A stretch of 32,000 nt of DNA. Source: Bellilinea caldifistulae (GTDB lineage: Bacteria > Chloroflexota > Anaerolineae > Anaerolineales > Anaerolineaceae). Below, piece by piece: positions 8,341 to 16,511 of the stretch. The stretch covers positions 20,104 through 52,103 of the forward strand of contig NZ_LGHJ01000001.1 in NCBI RefSeq assembly GCF_001306055.1, written 5' to 3'. The notes under the pieces are model-generated. The model had not been told where the DNA came from. It was given only the letters and a program-made list of their open reading frames with translations, and made no database searches. The first letter of the stretch is position 1. Each line of letters starts with the position of its first letter. A program made the translations under genes and the position numbers.

Positions 8341-8378
8341 TCAAAGTCATGGTGGGGAGCATGACCGGCGGCACTTCC
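8341..8378 (+). repeat. partial third copy of the unit start, including dyad GTCATG-N8-CATGAC at 8346..8365
   Basis: The sequence after the stop at 8312 repeats the inter-unit tail and the dyad. Homology ends after 'acttcc'. Confidence 0.8.
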
Positions 8379-8537
8379 TATAGCCGACCTTTTTTGCTAT
8401 AAAAAAATTAGTCTTTTTTATATCTCACCGTGGGTGGAAAATCGCCCCCTTGAGCAAGAGGATTTTTCCTTCATTTTTTGAATTTTTATTCACCCCCCGT
8501 TTGCGCTAAAAGACAAAATTGGAACTAAAGTTGGCGA

Positions 8538-8750
8538 ATGGATATAAAACTGAGATTGACCCAACGGGAGAAGCAAATACTGGAATTGTTGTGCGAGGGA
8601 AAGACCAATTCTCAAATTGCGAGAAACTTGCAAATTTCCCCAAAAACGGTCGAATCTAATCTGACCAGAGTATATCGAAAATTGGGCGTGAACAATCGCA
8701 CTGCAGCCGTTGCAGCATATTTTGTTGAATTAAATCGAGAGAAAAATTAA
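8538..8750 (+). CDS. stand-alone LuxR/GerE-type HTH transcriptional regulator
   Basis: 70-aa ORF consisting of the HTH only: 'LTQREKQILELLCEGKTNSQIARNLQISPKTVESNLTRVYRKLGV'. Confidence 0.8.
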   Translation: MDIKLRLTQREKQILELLCEGKTNSQIARNLQISPKTVESNLTRVYRKLGVNNRTAAVAAYFVELNREKN

Positions 8751-8836
8751 GGGAAATCCTTATATTGAAGTTTGTCTTGAGAGAGGGTATATTTAAATCG
8801 GCCGAATGGGTGCAAGAGAGAAAAGGGGAGGGAAGT

Positions 8837-8944
8837 AATGAATAAGAGAAACCTTTTTAATCTTGGAATGATTGGTTTGGTCTTTATGGTGGGCTTTTCC
8901 GTGGTGGGGGGAGCGCCGTTACCCGATGGGGGAATTCGTGATGA
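8837..8944 (+). other. 35-codon mini-ORF encoding a signal-peptide-like sequence, probably the detached 5' end of the CHAP gene
   Basis: A strong GGGGAGGG RBS lies 6-8 nt upstream of ATG 8837. Translation is 'MNKRNLFNLGMIGLVFMVGFSVVGGAPLPDGGIRE*'. It is out of frame with the downstream CHAP ORF. A third frame is open over 8871..9014. Confidence 0.4.
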
Positions 8945-9081
8945 AACCTGCCGGGAAGGGTTATCTGAATTTGTGACCGAAGCGAAGGATTGCTCAAATC
9001 GGCATTACGATTGATCAGCCGCAGCCGTTTGTTGACCCGCAGGCGATTATCCGGCGTTATACGGCTTGGTGTTCGCAAGGA

Positions 9082-9786
9082 TTGCTGGATTTGGATATCT
9101 GGCAAACGATGGGAATGACAATGGATGAGTGGATGAAATGGTATGAAGATACCCGTCAGCCGTTGGGAACGGTTGCGTCTCGCATCACTATCGGTGAAAT
9201 TGAAGCGGTTCGTTATGAAGAATCCACTCTTTGGACGACCCTGTGGAGCGGAGAAAAATATATCTATCGCTTGTGGTACACCCATAGGGGAGATCAATCG
9301 GGTGAGGAATTTTATAAAAGGGTCTTGAACTCCGTTGGTTTTTTGAATGAGGAGCCGATCAAGGGGGAAGATGCATCCCAATCGTTTCAAGGTTTATCGC
9401 TGGAAGGCTTTGCCACAGTCAATCCTCTTGTCACAACCTGTTGTGGATATACATCGCCGGGTAATCCCTTTGAGTGCTGTAACAACAAGGGAAATTGTGT
9501 CTGGTGGGTGTATTACAAATATGGTTATGTGCCGTTCCGAGGAGATGCAGGTAAGTGGTATGGACAAGTGCCCGATTACCCGGATTGGCGCAGGGGAAGA
9601 TATCCGAATAGAGGGATGAATATCGCGTGGTGGTCAGGATCTCCTGGTCACGTTGCCTTTATAGCGAACTATCCTGGAGGAGGGACAGTAACCATAACCG
9701 AGATGTTGATTTGTACATCCTGCGGAAGGACGCGTAATTTGAGTGTAACCGCTCCCGAAGGATACATGTGGACAATTTACAACTGA
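9082..9786 (+). CDS. CHAP-domain (NlpC/P60 superfamily) cysteine peptidase/amidase, 5' end apparently disrupted
   Basis: The C-terminal half shows a CHAP-like Cys...His pattern ('GNCVWWVYYKYGY ... SPGHVAFIA'). The reading frame is open from 8977, but the first start candidate is TTG 9082 with poor RBS context. There is no signal peptide in this frame. Confidence 0.65.
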   Translation: MLDLDIWQTMGMTMDEWMKWYEDTRQPLGTVASRITIGEIEAVRYEESTLWTTLWSGEKYIYRLWYTHRGDQSGEEFYKRVLNSVGFLNEEPIKGEDASQSFQGLSLEGFATVNPLVTTCCGYTSPGNPFECCNNKGNCVWWVYYKYGYVPFRGDAGKWYGQVPDYPDWRRGRYPNRGMNIAWWSGSPGHVAFIANYPGGGTVTITEMLICTSCGRTRNLSVTAPEGYMWTIYN

Positions 9787-9829
9787 GCAATTCGGTTTTA
9801 ATGATTTTCTCTTTTGGAGGTCAGGGCAG

Positions 9830-10573
9830 ATGATAAAAAGCATTGTTCGTCAGCTTCTTCTGATTGCAGGGTTGGTTTTTATAAGCAATTGCAGGGGAGA
9901 AATTGACAACTTCCCTTCTACTCCAATTGAGACTCGAAATTTGCCAACAATTACCCCCTCATCAGAGATAAAATCGACACCTCCCCAAATGGTTGATGAA
10001 ATTGAAACGGTCATTCCACTCAAACCCACCCGAATTCCAACCCCTACGGAAGAGGATGAAATATTTTTCCAAGAATATTGTGGCAAGGAATTTGTCTCTG
10101 CTGTGAAGCTCCTTCCTGAAAGGGAAATAAATTGGTTTCGATATAACCACTACCTTTACCCTTTCTCAATAGCATTCCCCTCGGATTGGAATCTCATAGA
10201 ATGTGATAATTCTATATACCTGTTTCCGGATAGTGAGCCTTCGATTCGTCTGGCAGTCCGTTTCAAATACTCGAATGAAAAGAAACATATCTTAAGAACC
10301 GGCGTGCCGGCGGGTGACGCGGTTCATGTTGGCACGGTGCAGTTCGTCGGTCAAACCATTCGCAAGACAATCATCCGCTACGAGGGCAAGGATAAAGTTG
10401 TCCTCTACGGCTACAAAGAGGATTTGCCCTATCAAATCCCGGTCGGTAATCTGATCTTTACCATCAGTCTGGATGATGTTGGTTCTCGTTATTATGAGGA
10501 TGTCGAGCTTTCGCCCGAAATTCAACAGCTGGCCGATGCCATTGTCGAAAGCATTCGGCTGACTTCGCCATAG
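9830..10573 (+). CDS. putative lipoprotein of unknown function
   Basis: 247-aa ORF with GGAGG about 9 nt upstream. Signal peptide with lipobox-like 'LVFISNC', followed by a Pro/Thr-rich linker. Confidence 0.7.
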   Translation: MIKSIVRQLLLIAGLVFISNCRGEIDNFPSTPIETRNLPTITPSSEIKSTPPQMVDEIETVIPLKPTRIPTPTEEDEIFFQEYCGKEFVSAVKLLPEREINWFRYNHYLYPFSIAFPSDWNLIECDNSIYLFPDSEPSIRLAVRFKYSNEKKHILRTGVPAGDAVHVGTVQFVGQTIRKTIIRYEGKDKVVLYGYKEDLPYQIPVGNLIFTISLDDVGSRYYEDVELSPEIQQLADAIVESIRLTSP

Positions 10574-10684
10574 GCATGAGCGATTCGATAAACTTCGTGC
10601 GCCGAATTGGCCATGAAGTGCTTTGGCTGTTTTGCCGCCCTCGTGTGTGGAAAAACATGTCGAACGTCGCTGGCACGCCCCGTT

Positions 10685-10861
10685 TTACTGTTTCATGACC
10701 AGTCCCGTTGCACTGGCAAATATCAACGCTCCCATCGCTACTGGCGGGGCGAGCATGCCAGGGCTGCAGTGTGTGCCTCCACGAAAAAGGTGAACAATCC
10801 TGTTTTTCAGAAGTGGGACGGAAACGGCGATGCAGACCAGAGGGGGAAAGTTGCTCGCCAT
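10685..10861 (-). pseudogene. truncated/chimeric remnant of the LuxR regulator 5' end
   Basis: 'MASNFPPLVCIAVSVPLLK' matches the start of the 4698..5387 product ('MANNFPPLVCIAVSVPLLKK'). It then diverges and stops after 58 codons. It carries the same upstream RBS and promoter sequence. Confidence 0.7.
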
Positions 10862-10939
10862 TCGATCCTTTAGAAAATGGTTCGTGGGAAAAAAGAACGC
10901 CGGTAAGTTTATGGTAAGGGAATCAATCCAATCTGTCAA
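10795..10939. repeat. right copy of the ~144-bp direct repeat
   Basis: Near-identical to 5322..5465. Confidence 0.9.
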
Positions 10940-11087
10940 AGCACCCTTGAACCTGCTTTGAAATGCGCTATTTCGCAAAACGGCGAAGATCAGCCGAGGC
11001 GACGGACTTCCCCGCTGTCGAAAAGAGAAACAAATCCCCTCGCCAAACCTTGACGTGGTTTACCGTCAACTCCCAAAGGGCAATTTC

Positions 11088-11140
11088 TTGACAAAAATTC
11101 CAAATTGTTATAAACTAGTTTGTAATACAAACCAGTTTAT
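11088..11140 (+). promoter_or_regulatory. sigma70-type promoter (TTGACA-17-TAAACT) overlapped by a 13-bp-arm inverted repeat operator
   Basis: TTGACA at 11088..11093 and TAAACT at 11111..11116. The palindrome is ATAAACTAGTTTG (11110..11122), spacer TAATA, CAAACCAGTTTAT (11128..11140), with 12 of 13 positions complementary. AGGAG RBS lies before ATG 11157. Confidence 0.6.
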
Positions 11141-11156
11141 AAAATCAGGAGACCGC

Positions 11157-11798
11157 ATGAAATCCCCGCTTGAAACCGCTCAAAAGCGCACCCGCCGTTA
11201 TTGGTACGAGGACGGGCTCTCTGAAATGGCGGCCGGCGCTGTCATTCTCTTGATGGCGCTGATCAATCTGGCGATTGCCCTGCTCGCACCAGCGGGCTGG
11301 AAAGGCTGGCTTTCGGCGGTGGGCCTGCCAGTGATGGTGATCGGCGGAGGCGTTCTTGCCCGCCTGCTGGTAGCAAGGCTGAAAGAACGGCTGACTTACC
11401 CGCGCACCGGTTACATCCGATACCCACGCCCCAAGCCGACCCGCCGTTTTCTGAGCGCCGGCATCGCCATCGGCGTGGCCTTGATCGTGACGATCATGAG
11501 TGCCTGGTTCTCCGCCGCCCAAACCGAGCGACTCATCCCCGCCCTGACCGGTTTGCTGACGGCCATTTTGATCCTCTCGATTGGGGCGAGCATTGGACTG
11601 GTGCGTTTCTACCTTTTAGCCGTTTGGCAGTTTGGTTTTGGCTTACTCGGCAGCCGCTTGAATTTACCCGCCCCTTACGATCTGGTCTTGTTCTTCGGCG
11701 CGCTGGGTATCGGCCTGTTCATCAGCGGGGGAATCACCCTGCTTGGCTACCTGCGCAACAACCCGCTGCCGCCAGCCAACGATGAGGAACAGTCATGA
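11157..11798 (+). CDS. integral membrane protein of unknown function
   Basis: 213 aa from the ATG preceded by AGGAG. It has several long hydrophobic segments. Its stop overlaps the next start (ATGA). Confidence 0.7.
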   Translation: MKSPLETAQKRTRRYWYEDGLSEMAAGAVILLMALINLAIALLAPAGWKGWLSAVGLPVMVIGGGVLARLLVARLKERLTYPRTGYIRYPRPKPTRRFLSAGIAIGVALIVTIMSAWFSAAQTERLIPALTGLLTAILILSIGASIGLVRFYLLAVWQFGFGLLGSRLNLPAPYDLVLFFGALGIGLFISGGITLLGYLRNNPLPPANDEEQS

Positions 11799-12121
11799 AG
11801 GAAGAAGCCCTGCCCAACTGGAGCGCCGTTGACCGGCTGCTGCACGAACCGGCTCGTCTTGCCATCGTCAGCATACTGGCGGTGGTCGAAAAAGCCGATT
11901 TCCTCTACCTTCAGCACGAAACCAGCCTGACCAAAGGCAACCTTTCTGCCCACCTGAGCAAACTGGAAAACGCCGGTTACATCCAGATTGAAAAAACCTT
12001 CAAGGGTAAAATGCCCCTGACGCTAGTCTCGCTTACCGAACAGGGAAGAACCGCCCTCGATCGGTATCTGAGCCAGATGAAACACTGGCTGAACCAATTG
12101 GACCAACATTCACAGGAGTAA
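11795..12121 (+). CDS. winged-helix (ArsR/HTH_34-like) transcriptional regulator
   Basis: 108 aa. 'HEPARLAIVSIL...LQHETSLTKGNLSAHLSKLENAGYIQIEK' is typical of small wHTH repressors that precede ABC-2 exporters. Confidence 0.75.
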   Translation: MKEEALPNWSAVDRLLHEPARLAIVSILAVVEKADFLYLQHETSLTKGNLSAHLSKLENAGYIQIEKTFKGKMPLTLVSLTEQGRTALDRYLSQMKHWLNQLDQHSQE

Positions 12122-12128
12122 ACAGGAA

Positions 12129-13064
12129 ATGAACTACGCCATTCAAACCCATCAACTGACCCGCGATTTTGGCAGCCTGCGGGCAGTGGACCGCCTGACG
12201 CTGGAAGTGCCTGCCGGACAGATTTTTGGTCTGCTCGGCCCGAACGGCGCCGGGAAAACCACCACCATTCGCCTGCTGCTCGGTTTGCTGCCGCCCACTT
12301 CCGGACAGGTGCGCGTTCTGGGGATGGATCCGCTGCAACAGGGGGAAGCCGTACGCTCGCGCTGTGGAGCGCTGCTTGAACATTCCGGCCTGTACGAACG
12401 GCTCAGTGCAGAGGACAATCTTGATTTATATGCCCGCATCTGGCGCATGGACGCAGCCAGCCGCAAAAAGCGCATTCGGGAATTGCTGGAGGGACTGGGA
12501 TTGTGGGAACGACGCAAAGAAACCGTGGCTGAATGGAGCCGCGGCATGAAACAAAAGCTGGCGATCGCCCGCGTCCTGCTCCACCGTCCGCCATTGATCT
12601 TTCTGGACGAGCCAACTGCCGGGCTGGATGTACCCACCGCGGCAGCCCTGCGCGAGGATTTACTGCGCATGACTGCTCAGGAAGGCACCACCATTTTTTT
12701 GACCACCCACAACCTGAGCGAAGCCGAAAAATTGTGCGCCCAGGTAGCCGTAATTCGGGATGGTCAACTGCTGGCGGTGGGCAGTCCGGTGGAATTGCGC
12801 ACGCGCGCCGGGCAGCCGCGTCTGCAAGTTTTTGGCCGCGGGCTGAACGAGCGGGCGCTGACGGTCTTGCAGAGCCAGCCCGGCGTCGGTGGGGTTAAGT
12901 TTCTCAACGATCATCTGGAAATTGCCCTGAAAGAGCCTGCCGAAACGGCAGCGCTGGTCAAACTGCTTGTCGAGCAGGGAGCAGAAATCGAGGAAGTGCG
13001 TAAAAGCACGGCTTCACTGGAAGAAGCCTTCTTAAGTTTGCTGGAGGAAAATCATGTTCACTGA
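12129..13064 (+). CDS. ABC transporter ATP-binding protein (ABC-2 subfamily)
   Basis: Walker A 'GPNGAGKTT', signature-like 'WSRGMKQKLAIA' and Walker B 'LIFLDEPTAGLD'. Confidence 0.92.
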   Translation: MNYAIQTHQLTRDFGSLRAVDRLTLEVPAGQIFGLLGPNGAGKTTTIRLLLGLLPPTSGQVRVLGMDPLQQGEAVRSRCGALLEHSGLYERLSAEDNLDLYARIWRMDAASRKKRIRELLEGLGLWERRKETVAEWSRGMKQKLAIARVLLHRPPLIFLDEPTAGLDVPTAAALREDLLRMTAQEGTTIFLTTHNLSEAEKLCAQVAVIRDGQLLAVGSPVELRTRAGQPRLQVFGRGLNERALTVLQSQPGVGGVKFLNDHLEIALKEPAETAALVKLLVEQGAEIEEVRKSTASLEEAFLSLLEENHVH

Positions 13065-13788
13065 CATCCTCACCATCATTTACAAAGAATGGAAGGAGAT
13101 GTTTTTTGCCCGCAGCACGGCGCGATCCGGTCTGCTTGGCGTGGCGGTGATTGTGGCTTTGCTGGGTATTTTCATGCCGTTTCAAAACGGGCGCGACTGG
13201 CTGACCACCCCTCTGCTCATTTTGATCTGGTCGTGGTTGCCGGTTTTTCTCACCCTCGGCATGGTCACCGACTCCATCGCCGGGGAACGCGAACGCCACA
13301 CCCTGGAAACCCTGCTGGCCAGCCGCCTGCCGGAACAGGCAATTCTGTTCGGCAAGATTGGGGCGGCAGTGTTCTACGCCTGGGGCATTATGCTGGTCAG
13401 CCTTTTGCTGGGAGCCGTAACCGTCAACCTCGCCTTTCCCGGTTCGCCGGCTTTTTACGACCCGCTGGTGTTTGCAGCCGTTCTGGTTTTCTCTTTGCTG
13501 GCTTCTGTGCTGATTGCCAGTATCGGCGTTCTGGTTTCGCTCCATTCGAAAACAGCACGCCAGGCGTATCAAAAGATGAGCGTGGTGTTTCTGGTCGTGT
13601 GGTTCATACCCATGCTGGTTGCCCAATTCCTGCCGGAGGAAATCAAAGCCGGGTTGAGCGCCCGCTTGATGACGTTGGACCTGAATGCCGTTTTGACGCT
13701 GGGTATGCTGATTCTGCTGGCGGCAGATACCGTCCTTGTGCTGGTGTGTCTGAAACGCTTTCAGCGCCCAAACCTGATACTTCTATAA
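13054..13788 (+). CDS. ABC-2 type transporter permease
   Basis: 244-aa polytopic hydrophobic ORF. Its start overlaps the ATPase gene by 11 nt. Confidence 0.8.
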   Translation: MFTDILTIIYKEWKEMFFARSTARSGLLGVAVIVALLGIFMPFQNGRDWLTTPLLILIWSWLPVFLTLGMVTDSIAGERERHTLETLLASRLPEQAILFGKIGAAVFYAWGIMLVSLLLGAVTVNLAFPGSPAFYDPLVFAAVLVFSLLASVLIASIGVLVSLHSKTARQAYQKMSVVFLVVWFIPMLVAQFLPEEIKAGLSARLMTLDLNAVLTLGMLILLAADTVLVLVCLKRFQRPNLILL

Positions 13789-13874
13789 TGCAGTCCACTT
13801 CCCTCTCTCAGCGGTGCCGGGGTAGCATTCCTTCAACCCGGCGCCGGGAGTTTGGGAATGTCAAACCCGTTTCA

Positions 13875-13904
13875 TTGCATTTCGCGGCAGGCTTGTTGTA
13901 AAAT
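13875..13904 (+). promoter_or_regulatory. candidate promoter TTGCAT-18-TAAAAT for the antiporter gene
   Basis: Hexamers at 13875..13880 and 13899..13904, 30 nt upstream of ATG 13935. Confidence 0.3.
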
Positions 13905-13934
13905 ACGCCATAATCTATCGAAAAGGACAAAAAT

Positions 13935-15047
13935 ATGTCGGTATTGATGGTGGCAGGAGGATTAATCCTGCTAATCGCCGGCGGCGAGGGGCTGGTGCGC
14001 GGCGCTTCGCGGCTGGCCGCTGCGCTGGGCATCTCTCCCCTGATTATCGGGTTGACCGTGGTTGCCTTCGGCACCAGTTCGCCGGAATTTGCCGTCAGCC
14101 TGATCGCTTCGCTGAGCGGGCAGGCGGGCTTGACGGTCGGCAACGTCATCGGCAGCAACATCTTCAATGTGCTGTTCATTTTGGGGCTTTCCGCCATGAT
14201 TACCCCGCTGACCATCTCCCAACAGCTGGTGCGGTTGGACGTGCCCTTGATGGTATTGGTTTCCCTGTTGACCCTGCTGCTGACGCTGGACGGGCGTTTC
14301 AGCCAGATGGAAGGGATCATTTTCTTTGCCGGTTTAATCGGCTATCTGTACCTGCTGTTTCGCATCAGCCAGCGGGAAAGCGCCGAGGTCAAAGAGGAAT
14401 ACGAGCACGAATTCGGCAGCCCGCCGCAATCCGCGCCGCGCCGGCTGGGGTTGAATACGCTGCTGGCGGTTGCCGGTTTGGTAATGCTGGGACTCGGCTC
14501 GCGCTGGCTGGTACAGGGGTCGGTTGAGATTGCCCGTGCCCTGGGCATCAGCGAACTGGTCATCGGCCTGACCATCATCGCCGCCGGTACCTCCATGCCG
14601 GAAGTGATCACCTCAGTGATTGCCAGCCTGCGCGGCGAACGGGATATTGCCGTAGGCAACGTGGTGGGCAGCAACCTGTTCAACCTGCTGGGCGTGCTGG
14701 GACTGACCGCCCTGATCACCCCCGGCGGCGTGGCGATTCCGGAAAGTGCGCGGACCTTCGACCTGCCGGTGATGACCGCCGTGGCGCTGGCCTGCATCCC
14801 CATCTTCTTCTCCGGCACAAAAATTTTACGCCGCGAGGGGGCGTTGTTCTTCTTTTACTACATTGCCTATACCGCTTACCTGATTTTGGATGCCGTCCGT
14901 CACCCCATTCTGCCGCTGTTCAGCCAGATCATGCTCGGTTTTGCCCTGCCGATCACCGCCCTTACCCTTGCAATTGTGATGATCCGGGTGATCCGTCAGC
15001 GCCGCCAGTTGAGCAGCCCGCTCACCCCGCCCGGCAGGATGGATTAG
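13935..15047 (+). CDS. CaCA-family cation/Ca2+ antiporter (YrbG-like Na+/Ca2+ exchanger)
   Basis: 370 aa with the two alpha-repeats 'GNVIGSNIFNVLFILG' and 'GNVVGSNLFNLLGVLG'. Confidence 0.9.
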   Translation: MSVLMVAGGLILLIAGGEGLVRGASRLAAALGISPLIIGLTVVAFGTSSPEFAVSLIASLSGQAGLTVGNVIGSNIFNVLFILGLSAMITPLTISQQLVRLDVPLMVLVSLLTLLLTLDGRFSQMEGIIFFAGLIGYLYLLFRISQRESAEVKEEYEHEFGSPPQSAPRRLGLNTLLAVAGLVMLGLGSRWLVQGSVEIARALGISELVIGLTIIAAGTSMPEVITSVIASLRGERDIAVGNVVGSNLFNLLGVLGLTALITPGGVAIPESARTFDLPVMTAVALACIPIFFSGTKILRREGALFFFYYIAYTAYLILDAVRHPILPLFSQIMLGFALPITALTLAIVMIRVIRQRRQLSSPLTPPGRMD

Positions 15048-15056
15048 ACGCGCCGT

Positions 15057-15084
15057 TTGATCCCCGCCCGGCGGAGAGGATCAA
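15057..15084. terminator. hairpin between convergent genes (TTGATCC ... GGATCAA)
   Basis: 7-bp arms at 15057..15063 and 15078..15084 with a GC-rich interior. It overlaps the radA stop codon and has no clear U-tract. Confidence 0.3.
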
Positions 15085-16490
15085 CCTTCCTCAAACAAGG
15101 CCAGTTGCAGAGCCTCGCGCAGTGAGCGTGCCTGTTGAATCTCGATGCCCTCCGGCAACGGCTCATTGCTGCGGGCACGGCGCGGGATAACCGCCCGGCG
15201 GAAGCCCAATTTGGCCGCCTCGCGCAGACGGGCATTCATCTGTCCAACCCAACGCAGTTCACCGGAAAGTCCCACCTCACCGATCAAGACCGCATCGGCA
15301 CGTACCGGCACATCCCGCATTGAGGAAGCAATCGCCGCAGCCAGCGCCAGATCGGCTGCCGGTTCGTTGATTCGTAATCCTCCCACCACATTGACAAACA
15401 CATCCTGATCGGCCAGCCGCAGCCCAAGCCGGCGGGTCAACACCGCGGTGATCAGCAGCAGGCGGTTGAGGTCAACCCCGTTGGGCGTACGGCGCGGGTT
15501 GCCGAGGTTGGAATAACTGGTCAACCCCTGAATTTCTACCAGCAGCGGGCGGGTACCTTCCATCGTGACCGCAATTGCCGAGCCGGGCGCGTTGACCATC
15601 CGCTCGGCTAAAAACAATTCGGAGGGATTGGGCACCTCCACCATGCCGCGCTCGCGCATCTCAAACACCCCCACCTCCGAAGTGGCCCCAAAGCGGTTCT
15701 TGACCGAGCGCAGCAGCCGGAAGGATTGATAACGGTCGCCTTCCAGATAGAGAACCGTGTCCACAATATGTTCCAGCACGCGCGGCCCGGCAATGATGCC
15801 CTCTTTGGTCACATGCCCGATGACGAACACCGCCATCCCGCTGGATTTGGCCAGTTCGCGCAGGCGTGAGGCGCATTCGCGCACCTGCCCCACCGAACCG
15901 GCGCTGCTGCCCAGTTCTGGCAGATAAACCGTTTGAATCGAGTCAATCACCAGCAACAGCGGCGCGACCGTCCGGATATGCTCAAAAATGATCTCCAGAT
16001 TGGTCTCGGTGACCAGAAAGAGGTTGTCCGGCAAGGGCTGATCGGCGTGGTTGTTTTGTAGCAGGCGCACGGCGCGCATTTTGATCTGCCGCTCGGATTC
16101 TTCGCCGGAAACATACAGCACCGCCGCGCCCTGCGGGGCAAAGCGGGCCGCCAGTTCCAGCGTCATTTGCAGGGTGAGGGTGGACTTACCAATACCCGGG
16201 TCACCGCCGACCAGCACAATCGAGCCGGGCACGATGCCGCCGCCCAGCACGCGGGCAAACTCGGCCATGCCGAGCGGCAGGCGTTCCTCGGCATCGCCGG
16301 AAATTTCCGCCAAACGGCGCGGGTGCGACTGACTGCTCAGCCCGCGGGCCGGCTTGGATTTGGCGGCTGGTGGGGCAATCACCTCCTCCACCATCGTCCC
16401 GTAACTGCCACACGAGGGGCAGCGTCCCAGCTGGCGCGGTGAGGTGCGCCCGCAGTTCTGGCAAACGTACTGAATTAGCGTTTTCGGCAC
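15081..16490 (-). CDS. radA: DNA repair protein RadA/Sms
   Basis: 469 aa with a GTG start. It has an N-terminal zinc finger 'CQNCG...CPSCGS', Walker A 'GDPGIGKST', the 'KNRFG' motif and a Lon-protease-like C-terminal domain. Confidence 0.95.
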   Translation of the reverse strand: MPKTLIQYVCQNCGRTSPRQLGRCPSCGSYGTMVEEVIAPPAAKSKPARGLSSQSHPRRLAEISGDAEERLPLGMAEFARVLGGGIVPGSIVLVGGDPGIGKSTLTLQMTLELAARFAPQGAAVLYVSGEESERQIKMRAVRLLQNNHADQPLPDNLFLVTETNLEIIFEHIRTVAPLLLVIDSIQTVYLPELGSSAGSVGQVRECASRLRELAKSSGMAVFVIGHVTKEGIIAGPRVLEHIVDTVLYLEGDRYQSFRLLRSVKNRFGATSEVGVFEMRERGMVEVPNPSELFLAERMVNAPGSAIAVTMEGTRPLLVEIQGLTSYSNLGNPRRTPNGVDLNRLLLITAVLTRRLGLRLADQDVFVNVVGGLRINEPAADLALAAAIASSMRDVPVRADAVLIGEVGLSGELRWVGQMNARLREAAKLGFRRAVIPRRARSNEPLPEGIEIQQARSLREALQLALFEEG

Positions 16491-16511
16491 GATTCGATTA
16501 TACTAGAAAAG

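Noticed and set aside
8837-9100. Programmed ribosomal frameshifting joining the signal peptide ORF to the CHAP ORF
   Set aside because: Two separate frame changes would be needed. No slippery heptamer or downstream structure is evident at either junction. Decay or sequencing error is more parsimonious.
8884-9390. 168-aa minus-strand ORF opposite the CHAP gene region
   Set aside because: Its composition is odd (Arg/Pro/Ile-rich) with no RBS or motifs. The plus strand carries the recognisable CHAP domain.
11055-11156. GTG-initiated extension of the membrane protein ORF
   Set aside because: The extension would read through the TTGACA/TAAACT promoter and the palindromic operator. The ATG at 11157 has an AGGAG RBS.
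12152-13626. 172-aa and 222-aa minus-strand ORFs opposite the ABC ATPase and permease genes
   Set aside because: They are antisense to genes with unambiguous Walker and signature motifs, and their sequences are Arg/Ser/Gln-rich low-complexity.
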